Assembly (NCBI RefSeq): GCF_008831285.2
Contig: NC_045138.2
Location: 26,164,001 to 26,228,000, forward strand
DNA length: 64,000 bases
Source of the DNA: Nymphaea colorata
Lineage: Eukaryota
Direction of reading: 5' to 3'
Shown: piece by piece, positions 36,875 to 51,600 of the stretch
Numbering within the stretch: position 1 is the stretch's first letter
How the letters are laid out: each line of letters opens with the position of its first letter
Translations under genes and position numbers: made by a program
Notes under the pieces: generated by a model
Told to the model about the DNA's origin: nothing
The model's database searches: none
Seen by the model: only the letters and a program-made list of their open reading frames with translations

Positions 36875-39800
36875 CTAGCGACGGGCTCCACGACCACCAC
36901 GTCCGGCACCAGTATCCTTCTACAGGAGAAATAACAAAAGCTTGTATTCAGAAAATAAATAAAAAAGAAAATAGAGACAGAGAGAGAGGTGAAAGACCAA
37001 ACCTTTAGGCTGCCTCTTGAAGTTCTCCCACGACCCCTACCAGACGGACTGGAAGCAATTCCTGAACTCCTAGCAATCGCCCTCATCCTAGCTCTCTCTG
37101 GAATATTTATAACAGTCCTACCTGTCGACGTCTCCCTGTCCTTTGATTCTGACACCTCACCCGGACTAGCTTGCTTTTTCACATTAGGATCACTTGTATC
37201 GGATGCCCCGCTTGCAACTGGGTCCTGTAGCAATGCCGGAGTATCATTGGTGCTGTGCTCCGTAGGAGTTGAAGTGGCCACCTCTTTTGGATCATCAGTC
37301 AGCACAGATGATGTAACTTCTGTATTTTTCATATTAACGGTACCTTCAGGTTCATCTTCGGCATCAGAACCAGCGGCACAAGATTCAGATGGTGTCTGAG
37401 ATTGTTCGGGGTTAGCTGTCTCATCGATATCCTGTGCTGAATCGGAAACAAATTCCCCTTCTTCCCTTTCTTCATCAATTGCTACAGGAGTATCTTTAGC
37501 TACAACATTACCCCCTTCAAATGAATCATCTGCATCTACAGGTCCATCCAAAGCCTCCACTGCATCACCTGGTTCAACATTTGCGGTCTCCAAGTCACTG
37601 ACGACTACTGCTTCAACAGAAGCCATGGCTGGCTCATTCTCAATCTCCATATCTCCAGCTTTGGAAGCATAAAAAATCTCTGGCTCATTTGATTCAGGTG
37701 CAATTGCATCTGGACCAGAGAGTGGCAGATCGGGATTATCGGACAATTTATTAGCACCACCATCTATATCTTCATGGGAGGAATCAGAATGTTTAGGTTT
37801 TTTGGCATCCTGATGTACAAACCCTTCTTGCAAATCAGATGAACTGGAATCTAAAACACGCTTCCGACCTGACATTTCCATCCCTTCATTGGAAAGTTCG
37901 GGGTTAATAGCCACTGATCTACCTTCTTCTAGGTTGCTTTCAGTCTCCATCTCAGCCACCTCTGTTTCAGCAACATGTTCAGATTGCTCCAAAGAAGGCA
38001 AGATCTCAGAGGCAGGTTCCGAACGTTCGCGATGGACTTCTCTAGTAGATGGATGTGCAGCCTGATCCTCTCCTAATTGAGGACGGATTAGCTTTCTCCC
38101 AGGTTTCCGTGTTTCTGCTACAGGCTTTGGAACATTAGATTTGTCAGTCTTTTCATCAGCATCTTTTATCTGAGGAGGGTGAACTGAAGCAGGAGGATAT
38201 ACTGGATGGGTAGTCGAGGATACAGCACCAACAAGCCGTCCTGCAAGGAAGATTTGGATGCCAGATTGAGTAACAGGAGAAAGAAGAAAAAGTTTGGTAG
38301 ATGCTGAAGAATTCCTTCTTCTCATGTTTATTTTCATTAATAAAAGACCCGTTATTTCAATACCACAAGAAATTCAGTAACACAGGAACACTAAGGGCCA
38401 AAAATTCCAATAAGAGACATAGTTTCAGCGTTGAGATGAACAAACCAGTTTTTCGCTCATTGCCAGGCACTGATTCTGCGTGTACAGAAATGGAAGATGA
38501 AACAGACTGAGAAGCAAGCACATCACTGGAAAGTAAATTTGCTGCCTCCTCAACCTGATCCACACACTGCAAGTAGTTGGTCATCTTCTCATCCAACTCC
38601 ACATCAGAGGGTAGCACTGTTGTTGGAACTCCACTCTGTTGTAATTCCAAGTTAGAAAGACGAGCATATTGTATAAACCCAGAACATGATACTAAAATCA
38701 CCAACCAGAATATCCGTGCAATTGCTTTAGAGTAAGGAGCACATGAGCGTAGAAGACCTAGTACCTATGCATTTGTGCTACACATACTACAGGATGAGTT
38801 TTTTCCTCCCCTCAATCTTGATACTAAATACCCCAAATATCACTCAAGACTCTGGGATCATTAACACCAGCTTGTCAACTTGGTAGGCATTATCCATGGT
38901 GCTCACCTGTGTCCGGGACAGTTTCGAAATATGGAAACAAAAGCCCGTACATGAACTAAATGGCAGAAAAATGACCTTATAATGAGTAAAACGAGAAACT
39001 CCTTAAGTTTGTTGATCTTGTAATGGCCTGGAGAGTAAGAACGACCATGCTTCTAATATGCTGTCACAAGTGCCTAGTTAACCAAATAAAATTTTTTCAC
39101 AGGAAAAAAAACAAATCAATGTTTACAAAAGCTAGATGCACTAAGAGACATCTTTAGACACAAAGAAAATATAATCATCCTATAGGCTATAGCATATTAG
39201 TAAAACATTCCCTGCCTTACCTAATGAAATCAGTTCACTGTAAACATTATGAGAAAGTTAGGGTGGCAACTAGCTTTACCTCAATAAGGCTTTCCCTTTG
39301 ATGCTTATGTTTATCAAGCTTCTCTTCCAGCTCTTTCTTGGCCTGCAGTTATTGCAAGGAAAAAAAATATATAAATTAGAACAAAACATGGCAGTATCAT
39401 CCACATATCCTGTAAAGAAAATAGGATGACAACGAATTTGAAGACCATATCATGTGAAACGAAAGAGAATGACAAGCTCTCCTATATAGAATCCAAAACG
39501 CCAGTTGTGCTGGCCTCCAACATCAGTACTTTTCAAAAAATTACAATCATTTTGTTTAGTATTCTAGGAAAAACAAACGTTCAATAATTTGAATCAACAG
39601 TCATTTTATGAAGCCACTAAAAGAGAATTGCATAACCAAATTTTTAGTATCATTGACTAGACACTTCCAACTTGTAGTATCTGATGTCTTACTCTTCAAT
39701 GCACATATGTGTAACACTAAAATAGAGTTTATTTTTTTAAGCCATGACCTAAGTTGCCAAAATCAAAAGTTAGACAGAGGTCGTTCAAGACCATAAATAG

Positions 39801-42432
39801 ACTTACCAGGACTAGTCATCCTGACCCGTTCCAAGTCAATTGACCATAAAGAAACAAATACACATATTAATATTGCAGAACATTTATATCTATACACAGA
39901 ATGCACATATATATTCATAGGTCAGGGTTAGTCAGCTAACCAACGACCAAGCTGACTAATTGACTAGTCTGGACTCTTACCAACCAATCATCGGTTTCAA
40001 ACACAGGTTGGTTAATAACCAACTCAACCCACTAGTAAGGATTTTGACAACAAAGTTTTCTGAGGTACATGACTCTGCCGAGAGTCAGGATTTTGTTGAC
40101 AACAAAGGTTTTGATGTATATGAGTCTGCCGCGATTCTCTAGATGGTAACACAAACACAATAGACAGGCTCCCTCCTCAACCAACAATTTAAAGATGAAA
40201 CTAAAAAATTACCTGCATCCATTCATTTTCATCCTAACAGCATGACTTACTTATAGATTTGCTGTAACTTCCAACTCCAAGAAACCCTAAGAGAAACTGA
40301 ATTAAACCATCCAGTTTAAACAGATAATAGCTTCAAGCACATAAATTCCTATAAACCCAAAGTAAAATCCTATATGATACATTTATTGTCCACTGATGAT
40401 GGATAGACATCTACAAAGACTTTATCAATAGCCTACAGTATATGCAGAAGGCAATGAGACTTGATTGCCAAGAAATAAAAAATAAAAAATGTTAAGAATC
40501 AAAATCGAGAATGAATAACAAATCAAAGAGGTTTTTCAACATTATGAATGAAAAACATGTGTTGGATGTATGTTGTGGACCAAAACAAATATAACGAAAC
40601 TAATGAATGCATCACTAGCAAGACAATGTGTAGATGGATAATAAAGGTCATAATTAGTAGCTATAAGACACGTGGAGACATGGACAAAATAAGACTTCTT
40701 TGAGATCACTAGACAAAAAATAAGAAAAATTTGTGCATGAAAATGGAAAAAATGGGTCCAACCTATCAACTGAATAACAAAATCCTGATGCCGAAAGAAC
40801 AGATGGCTCGCATGTACAATCAGTGAGGTTGGAAACATTGTCACAAATATTAGTTTCAAGTTTTAAACGGCGAAGGTTTTTCTCAGGTATAATATGGCAG
40901 AGTTTTTTTCTCTAGAAAACTCAACAAATTTAAAAAAAATAAAAACCTAAGAATAAAATGTGAAAAATATGAAAATAAAAAATCTGGCAACTAAAAAATG
41001 TTTAAGAACGTGAAAAACCGAAAAAACGAAAAAATGCCCAAAAAAATGTTTTTCACATTTTTTTGTTTTGGCCTTTTTGTCACACAAACATGCTTTTTTC
41101 CCATTTTTTCACAAAAACACGCTTTTTAGTACTTTTTTGCAATTTTTTCAGAAAAAAAAAATGTGAGACTGATTGGAAGTAAATGCACAAGTCAAGAAGA
41201 ACTTGTCATGTAAATACTCATAAAACATTTGTGATTATGCGAAGATACCAGCTAACACAGTGAGTTCCCATCAGAGGCAACCACAAATGCAAACAAAAAG
41301 TCAATGCAATTCGACAAGAATAACAGAATAACAAAACAAAGGGTTTGTTAAAAGAAAAAAAAACATGAAGTTGAATGTCCACATGATTAGTACAAGAAAC
41401 CACAAAGAAAATTAAAGGGAAAAACCAAATAATATTTTCTAATCCTCAGTTATATATCAGTGTGTAATATCACCCATCTTCTAGAATTACAAAGTATACC
41501 GTATGTCTTGCATTATTACATAAATTAAGCCAACAAAATTTGCAGAAGAAATAAGCCAACAAAATTTGCAGAAGAAATTTCACATATTGAAAGCAATGGT
41601 TTTTTAAGTAATAGCTGTATAAACTATTTTGGAAATTGAAACTCTCAGCTGCCCATATCACAGTCAGCACAATCTTTCTCATGTCAAAACCATTGGCAAC
41701 TAGCGTTCTGTCCAACAGCTTCAAAATCGAAGCAAGAGAACCACCAAATACTTCCTTCTCAACTATGTATACAAAGTAACAAACCAGAAAACAGTGTTAA
41801 ATGATAAAGAAATGTAATAGTTGTCTCAAGCTTGTAGAGAACCTGAACAGATTTCTGAGCAAGCTCCATAAAAGTTTTCCGATCCTTTACACGCACAGCT
41901 TTTTCTCTCCGAAGCTCATCCCTCTCCTTCTGCAAATCTTCTCTTGCTCTCTCGAGTATTTTTTCAAGACTCTGAAATGAAGATTAGTAAATAAAGAAGA
42001 AGAAAATGGAAAGAAGGTAACAAAGATTGCATCTTTTTCAACCTGGATCCTGGTATCCTTTTCTTTTAGGGCTTGGTCATGATGAGCTGCTAGTTCTTGG
42101 CGAGCTGCTACTTCATGCTGCTTTGCTGCTTCCCCGAGGGACCTCTTACCAACTATGGATGCTCAAATAAGATAACATAGATACAATCAATAAACTGCCT
42201 CTCCATGAGCCATAAAAAACAGCGATTAAAGGAATACCTGCTCTAGACTCCTCAAGCTGCTTAGAAATAGCCTGTTTCTCTTTGAATAACTCATCCTTCT
42301 CTCTACTCAATTCCTCAGTTCTTCTCTATATGTATGCATAAATATTACCAGTGAACCAATAGAAAGCAAACTTGAGAATGAAGAAACATATATGTGCTCA
42401 ACACTAGTAGAAGAACCTATATACATGAGCAG

Positions 42433-42464
<32 letters not shown>

Positions 42465-45400
42465 ACCTTCCAGTGCAGAATAGTGTGCTTCTGCTTTTGT
42501 TCCTTTGACTTGAGAATTTCCTGAATCAGGAAAACCACAACAAAAAATTATGCCTCAAGTAATAGCTTGAAGTGAAATTAGCTAAATCTGGAATAGCAGA
42601 AAAGGATAGAACACAAGATTCAGGTCCGCATATGGTATCAATAGCATCCTGGGACTGAATATTGTACCACATTCGCAGTAACATCCTGAAGCTGCTTCTG
42701 CATCTCATTTAATTTAAGTTCCTTGTTAGCTATTTCCTGCTCTAGGTCGGAAACATTCTCTTTCTTTTTGACAAGAAGGCTCTGTGATTCCTGTAACTCA
42801 ACCTCCATAGTTTTAAGTTTCTCCTGCATTTCAGCATTTGAAATATGAAAAAATGAGTGAAAAGGTAAAGACAACGACCTTCAGGATCAGGCTTTCATAT
42901 ATATTACGTCCCACAATCCCATATTGAAAGAAAAGAAAAGAACAATCAGGGTATGTCTCTGTCGATGAGACCATGATGTTTTGGAGTCAATTCTACCTGT
43001 TGCGACACAGGTGGTCATAAAGAAGGATCACACAAACAACTGTGTATAACAAGTGTAATTATGTCATTTGCTCAATATTTCTAAATTATAGAAATTCCAA
43101 AAAACCTGCATGTCTTTGAAATTTTCCTTCATTTGTTCATAATCTTCCATATCAAGATTCTTGTAGCTGCTCACAATCTGGAAGGAACAATTAGAAACAA
43201 TTCTCAGTTTTCTTTCCCTTATCTATTGAAAGGCAACAATTTGCAATGTAAGGCTCACCTCTGAGTTCCTCTTTTCCCAGAGTCCTATCTCTTCCTTTTG
43301 CATGTCAACTTGCTTTTTGACAGCTTCTAGCTCCACTTCCTTCTCCCTTAAGAGTGTAGCTAAGTGATCACTCTCCGATTTAGCTTTTTGTGCCACTTCA
43401 TTAGCTTTCTACAATTTGTAACATAGACCATTTAATTCAGCAGAAATGTCAAGCTCAACATTGATGAGTCTTATCAATCAATATCCAATTTCATATGGTC
43501 AAATTGTTTTCATAAACATAAGCAACCAAGCAATAAATGCAGAATGGCAAAAGTAGCCTGACCTGACACTCCTCAAAGTTGTGTTGGTTCTCTGCCCTGA
43601 GTTGCACATTACTGTCACGCAGCAAATTTATCTCCCTTACCTGGAAAAGGCAAGTGGTAAAGGTGAACAACAAATATGCAGAAACAGAAAAATGACAGCT
43701 AACAAAACCATGAGTTGGACAATTCAGTCCATGCATCAAATGTTATGTTTCAGTCAAGAACATCTGTGGGATTATCCCCAGCAATATACCTGAAGCTGAA
43801 GAGATTGAAATTCTTCATCACTATATACCCGACTTCTTGTATTTGCACGTTCAGCTTGCAGCATGCTCTGAGCTGTCTCGGAAGCCTTTAGTGCACTTTC
43901 AAGCTAAAAATAGTTTAAACAAACAATTAGAACTAATTAAACTACTTTAAAGACATAAAACAATCACACAGTATAAAGACATCAAGTATGAGAAGAGAGG
44001 AAAGAAAAACACGATGTAGAAAGAAAACTACTATCTTACAAGGTTTTATCTGTGCAGATCGATAGACTATCATATGAAAAAACTAAGACATGTAGAACAC
44101 TAAGCAAGAGGAAACACTAAACAGGAGGATGTGCAGTACAATATGACAAAAAGTTGCAGTAAATGAAAAGGATACAGCCATACAGAATGGGATACACAGA
44201 GCAGAAGCAGAGATATGATTATTGAAAAATATTACATGAATATGGGTGAAAAGATCTCATGTAGAAACTTGGAATAAGTTCTAGAAAAACAAAACAGCAA
44301 AACTGATACCTGAGTTTGCAACCGCAACCGCTCTTGTTTCAGTAAGGAGATCTCTGTCTCAGCCTGCAAAGCCAAACAATTGTAACCCATGTATTTGGTA
44401 TGTTAAAACTTAAAAGAAATAAGTGTGATTTTTACTATCTCTTTTGATCGGCGTAGATAATTAATCACGGTCTGTAAATCGCCTTCTCCCTTTGTTTCAG
44501 AAACAGAACCTTCAGCAGATAGACATGACAGAGTGCGCTCCTCTGCAATTTGGACATTTACTGCTCCCAGACGATTAAGCAATATGTTGTTCTGCAGGCT
44601 CACGAAGATGCAATGTATTGGAATACAAAAAATTCAAATATGTAAGGTAGGTGCATGTTAAGGATAGAAAAGTCAAGGTGAACCACTTCCTAAGGAAAAC
44701 AATGCAGTAGAACAGCCATGGTCTTAGAACGAAAGACAACTTCGTGAAACCAACAAGGTAACTCTCCCAAGCCTGAGTAGTTAAAAATTAAAATCAATAT
44801 CCAGATAAATTTTGAGTTAAGAAAATTAAAAAGCACAGAATCTTAGTTGTATTCAGACTGTAAAGCAGGAAAAAAGTAATAACCAGTGAAATCTCAAAAA
44901 ACTCCTAAAAAAGGAAAAAGAAGACCCAACGAAGAGTTCAAAATAAAATAATTTTATCTCATACATAATGACAGCTCAAAACACTTGGGTTCCCATTTAT
45001 GTTTTTTTTCCTGCAGCAAACCCTATCTCCAGATAATAAGTTTGCATTTATGTCATATGCATCACTACTCTCTCTCACTTCAATTCTCATTTGTGCAACT
45101 CGTGTGGCAAAGAGATAGAGGAGACTGTAGACGGAGGGCCCTCTCCCTCTCTTTCTCTCGCTCTCTCACACAAATACACATACCATAGCCACAAATATTG
45201 TTCTCAGGTTTTTAATGGCAAGGTTTGCCTCAGGTATGTTTCGGGGAAATGTTTATCTAGGAAAATTTTCCCTTTGAAAAAAAATTCCTAAAAATTAGGT
45301 GAAATAAAACAAATGAAAAACTAATAAATATCAGTTTCGGGTTTTAAACGGGAAGATTTTTCTCAGATAATAGTATTGGGAGATTAAAAAACAGAAAAAA

Positions 45401-48400
45401 TACGATTTAAAACTTTAAAAATCTTAAAAATTAGGAAAAAACAAAACAAATGAGAAACTAATAAGACAACATAAAAAAATAAGTAGACAAGTAACAAATA
45501 AAAATTGAAACAAACAATCTGGCATTAAAAAACGTGAATAAAAATCCTAAAATGAAAAGAAAAGGTAAAAACAATAAAATTTTTTTCGTATTGGCATTTT
45601 AAAACAAAAACGGCATTTTTTGCCTTTTTTTCCATTGATTTATTTTTCAGTATTTAATGTGTTCTTTTAAAAAAAAACACACACACACACACACACACAC
45701 ACATTTTTTGTGACTATGTTAAGAAGACATAAGAAACTAGATAAAATGATAAGAGCAATGATTTGGTGATGATAAGAATGATAATAAATAATCTAATTTT
45801 TTAAGGTGATTCATGATGTGATTAACCTTAAAAAAGAAAGAAATAAGAAAATGGAAAAAAACGCAATAAAAACTTGACAACAACACGACAAATATATTTT
45901 TCATGTTTTTTCAAAAGAACATGTTTCTCAATTTTTTTTTTATCACTTTTCTTGTTAATATTGCAATACTTTCCAAAATATTTGTGGCTATGACACACAC
46001 CCCTCCCCAACACACTCACAAGGAACAAAGGTACCAGAAGTGTAACTATGGTCTAGACTTTAGAAGTGTTTCTTGACGATTAAATACTAAAGAGTTGATC
46101 TATTGGATATTTATACAGTCTTTACATGAGTTGTTATCAAGAAAAGCATTACATGTGCCAATTACAGATGACTCACTTCTTTCTGATGGATAAACAGTTG
46201 ACCAATTGAAATTTTGTACATTTATTACATTTAACTTGTCCACTAAATACATACCCTGCCGTCGAACTTTTCAATTGATAATGGACTTATTCCTTCTTCT
46301 TCCCTTGTTTATTCCCTTGCTTCCGTCACCATTGTGGCCTTCCTTTCCATTTTTGTTAGCATTTATAAGATCTATTATACTATTTTTTGCAATTCCCTCA
46401 ATTCCGAAATCTTTTTCTGACTTCTCTTCTTGGCTTTTTGGTTTTCTATGTTTTGAATGTCGTCCTTTTGTTTTTCTCTTTCTAGTCATCACTTGAGGAG
46501 AAAATTTACCATTGTTTATTGGTCCATTTCTAGATAACCTTTCAACCTTTGATATCTAAACTCATTTTTTGTTCCTTCATTCAGATTCTCAGAACAATTT
46601 GGTTCAGCCCAAGACATTGAATGTGTTGAAAAGTCTCGATCACCTCATATTCAAGCATATATTATCAAGTTTTTGAGATTCTTCATCTAACATATGCACT
46701 ATAAATTCAGATTTGGTGAGAGGGAACAAATACACAGTCATGGGAAGTAAAAACTGCAATTGCAGATATCTATGAAAATTCTACATGACATATATTGTGA
46801 ACACTGGCAACAGAAAGATGACAGGCAACAGCGTGTCTTGCTATAACCAGCAGCTGCTGGAAATGAACCTGTTGCGAGAGATATTCTTGTCATAATAAGG
46901 CCATTCTAACGAAACATTTCCTCAAATGATATGAAAGCCAACACTTGCTTCAACACTAGAAATAGCCAATGTACACAAAATATAGTTAATAAAAAGGAGT
47001 TCTCCAACTAGTGTCATATCAGGATAGACTGAATCTCTTCAAATTCTGATGCAAATAAAAATATACAGATGAAAATGAAAATTATGAGCATAACCTTAAT
47101 CTCTTCAAAAAAACTCCAAATTTCAGATGCAATTAAAAATATACACATGAAAATGACCATTTATTTTTTACAACTGAAAGAAACTGAAAAGGCAACCCAA
47201 AATAGAAACACTATGTCAGACTGAAGTATAAGAAATCTGACCTGTTCATTGATCTCAATATACTTCAGCTCTGCTTCATCCTTTAATTTTTGGAGTTCTA
47301 CTTTTTCTGTTTCCCATGTTCTTTTCAAAATTTCCTACATGAATCCATCAATTAGGAGACACTTGAGAAAAAAGAAAAACTACAAACCTTAATCACTACT
47401 TTTGACAGAAATCACAAGATCATGAAACAGCAAAACTGAACCAACGAAACAACACCATGATACAGGTGATAAACATCCATTAGCACAAATTTGTTGTACA
47501 GTGAATGAGCTAGCACGAAGAGGAACTGCATTGTTATACCGCAATCTGATTTCAGCTATCAAAACACAATTCAAACATAGCAAAGTAATAACAATAAAAG
47601 CACGAAACTAAAGAAAGGGGAAAGAGAGAAGATAAAGCTGTTTCATATACAAATCCTTAGTGAATTGTAATGTCACAGAAGATTGGAAACAATCTTCTAT
47701 AAAAGGAATAGATAAAGTAAGACCAACTTGAGGCATTACTTGAAATCTTGAACACTTAAATCAACCTTCCAATTGGAAAGTATGCTGGGAGTCAAACAAA
47801 CAGAACACAATCAATTTGCTTTTCTGAAAAATAACTTTGCAATAAACATGACAAAATTTCTTGGATGCACTAACCAAGCTCAACTGTATCAAGTTATGAA
47901 CACCCGGTACCTTCATGCAAGAACTCAACCAAATCAGCAGTCAGAAAACAACCATTAGCTTTGATTTCCTCTAGAAACAAGGCTTTTAGTTCAAGGTAAC
48001 TTTTACACGAGAAACTAAAACACTACTGGTGTAATGACATGGAAAATAGCTTATTGGCCATTGATTTCTTCCAAACCAATCACAAGCGGCCACAATGTTA
48101 ATAGGGCAAGAAGTAATTTCATCATCCAACCACAAGGATCAATTAAGAATTAAAACATAAACTTAGCAGTTCAAGATAAATCTCATGCATGCCACACAAA
48201 AACTACTAGGACAAAAACCAAAGAAACAAAAACTATTCACTATCCAGGAGATATCACCAGTTTACCACTTCGATAGGGCAACAAAAATCAGAACAAAAAA
48301 TGACTTTCATTAGCAGGGATGACTAGAAAACAGACAACTTTTTAAACAATGAACTCAAACAATGATATTTTGGATGCAGAGGAGGAACACAGCACAAAGA

Positions 48401-48565
48401 AGGAGAAAAGGAAGATAACGCATTTTAGTGATTTATATTAATTCACATCTTTTTATCCTCTTTCTCTCAACCATAAATGTGGAGAAATCAATGGACAAGA
48501 TTATTTTGGATGTTGCCTAACACCTAAGGGTCTGGTGCCTACCAGTCTCTCTCTCTCTCTCTCTC

Positions 48566-48612
<47 letters not shown>

Positions 48613-51600
48613 CTGATATTGATACATAATGATATTTTCATGTCTTTTACTACTTTTGGCACTTTAAATTTTGTCCTTCACAATTTTGTTGTTTTTATTT
48701 TAATCAACTGACTTAGACCAACAAGGACAGAATGATCCTGGTTAGTCTTTTTTTTTTTTTTTTTTGGTGCCTTGACTACCTTGCGTCCTACTGCTAGTTT
48801 TCAGTTTTCACAACTTAGACTTCTCTAAACTTCCCTGGTTCCACCCTTGGCGGATGCTACATGCCTAGTCCCATCCACATCCTTGGGTAACTGTCACGGC
48901 AATGAAATAAGCACAGTACCATACAGCAGCCAGCATCCACCAAACATGAGAGAATAGATGCAAGAAATCCAGGATAACAGTTTACAGTCGTCTCAAAAAT
49001 GAATAATATTCATCCAATACAGTTTTGCACATCAATTTTTTGTGAGAAAGTTACATTTTCAGTTCTGAGTGAATCTGCCTGTTTACGTAGCTCTGCTGCT
49101 TCAACTTGGAGAGCAGTAAGCGCATCAGATGTTTTTCTCAATTCCTGAATAGCCTCTGACTGAAGCAAAACCTGCAGAACAAAACCATATCTCAGATCTT
49201 CTTTGTCAGTTTGCACAAAGTAGTTAGAAATTGTGGGAGAAAAGGGCACGAATTTCTGGTCAAAAAGAGTCAAAGTAACAGCAGTAATTTCACAATCTAA
49301 TTATCTGACCTACTTAATTAGCTTTTAAGTAGAAAGTATTCAGATGCACATAATAAACATTTTCCTTATAGAATTTACAGGTAATCAAGTAATATAAACT
49401 TATAACATTCAATTTGGCAAATAAATGAAAGAATAAAAATAATTCTATAAATACTGAGTCTGAAAAATACTTGTATAATTGTATTTACTGACGATGCAAA
49501 TAAGTACCTAAAATGAACTAGGACATATACAAGTACAAAATAGGAAGAGAACATAATAAGTGCCAGAAACAAACAAAACGGTGACAAGAGACTTAATCTT
49601 CACCTAAAATATTCAGGTATGAACGCATTCCAACTCAAGAAAGAGATGGTTCGAGCTACACAGAAAAATATATTACGTGCAAAAAAGGCAGTGTAAACAA
49701 AGAAGAGATGCAGTGATTTAAGAAACATTTTTATGCAACTAAGAACTCAAGCCATTCATCCTACAGGGAAAAAAAAGAAAATCATGTATATGCATGTATT
49801 CATCAGCAAATGTCTGTGTTTTATTCTGTCACTAAAATTGACTGTTCAAATGATGAAGGAAAGTGATATTGTAAAACAAACTAAAACTGAAGAGGAATCA
49901 GTGCCATTATCATCAACAAAGGACAGCATGAAAAGAAAAGTGAATCAAGAAATGGATTTTAAGCAATGATGAACAGCAATAACAAGAAAACAATACAAAA
50001 CAGAAACATATGGTGTGATGCATAACTTGAACCAATAATAACAAAAGCACAAAAAGAACCTCCACAGAAAGCACATCTTACTTGTCTTTCATAGTTGTCT
50101 TGAGCTGACCGCCATCTTTGATGCTCCCTCTCCAGGTCATCCTTCAAAGAAGCAATCCAAATTTCTAATTCTTCCTTCTGAGAGCTAAATATCACATCAT
50201 AAATAAAATTAGAGTGGAGTTCACTAAAAGTAAACCAAACAACTTCAGAATATCAAGGGAACTTTTACAACAAAGTTACAGCAATATACTTTAATGCAGA
50301 GTTTTTTTCTTTCAATGAGGAAATTTCAGTCAAAGCTGATGAAAGTGCTGCATCTTTCTCAGAAATGGTAGAAGAGAACTCTAATCCCCTTGCAGCCAAA
50401 TTGCTTTCTAGTTCAGAAATGCGCTCCCTCAGGGAAACAATTTCAGATTCCAAGGATGTCTTTATCTTCTCAGCCTACAGAACATCAACAATCAGTTAGA
50501 CACTTCACTAAGGTCCCCTAACATGTAGAAAAAGCACATGAAATGCTTCAGCATAAAGCAATGCACATAAGACAGAATATCACCTCTGCCTTGAAAGAAT
50601 TATGAGCAACTTCAATTTGTTTTAGTGCCTCTTCATTAACTTGGGCAATTTCCTTGAACTGTACACATTTAAAAGATCAATCAGAATTTGGAAAATAAGA
50701 ACAATAAAAAGCCCATTAGGCGATGTTCATACCTGTAGCATGTGCTCTTTAGAGGATTGAGCTTCTTCTCTTAAAGATCTCATCTCTTCCTTCATTTTGT
50801 CTATATCAAGAAAATCCTGCAAGATATATCTTTTCAAAAATAGATACTCAAAATATGTTGCATGCATTTGGAAAGTCTGCTACATGAGAAACACCATCCC
50901 TCAATCCCTTTTCTGCAAGACACAAAGGGCTGCGATCTCATTTACACTCTCCCCACTTAAATGTGGCGAACACCCATGACACCCTCTACCATATTCTATT
51001 GCTTTTGCACGACTTCTCCAAATTTGTGCCACACTGCATTTTTCAAAATCCATCTCCTCCTTCCAAAGACATCCTTAAGGCATACATATGAAGACCAAAG
51101 GTTTCATCTTTTTCCTTCATCCGAACATCAAACAGGATATAATAGAGAAGACAAGAATAGGAGCAGCCATCAAAACAGAAATAATTGGAAGAACCCTTTT
51201 GCAATGCACCAAATGCTAGCAAATGCCAGAACTTGGCCTGCTATAACAAGTTATAAATGTGCATCACTGGTGAGCATGTTACTTGTTCATAAGCTTTGGA
51301 AAGAATATAGCAGGAGAATGCCTATATCTACATTAAAGAGATTGAAGAAGGAACCTCCATGCGGATACTGGCTACTAATAGACGGATGAAAAATGCATTT
51401 TTGTGATTCATCCAAATATCATAAAGTTTGATACTGGGTATTGCATGGAGATGGAGGAAGAGATCACTCAATTACTTTTCCCAACGAAGAACTTTGACTG
51501 GACTGAATTTAAAAAATGAAATTCAAATATGAATAAGCAAAGTAGCTACAGGAGGACCAAATATATACACTTGAAGAAATAGCACAAATACACAATCAGG

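Noticed and set aside
36817..38337. 506-aa ORF as a standalone gene
   Set aside because: It is the large penultimate NUA exon (38240-37003) plus intron read-through.
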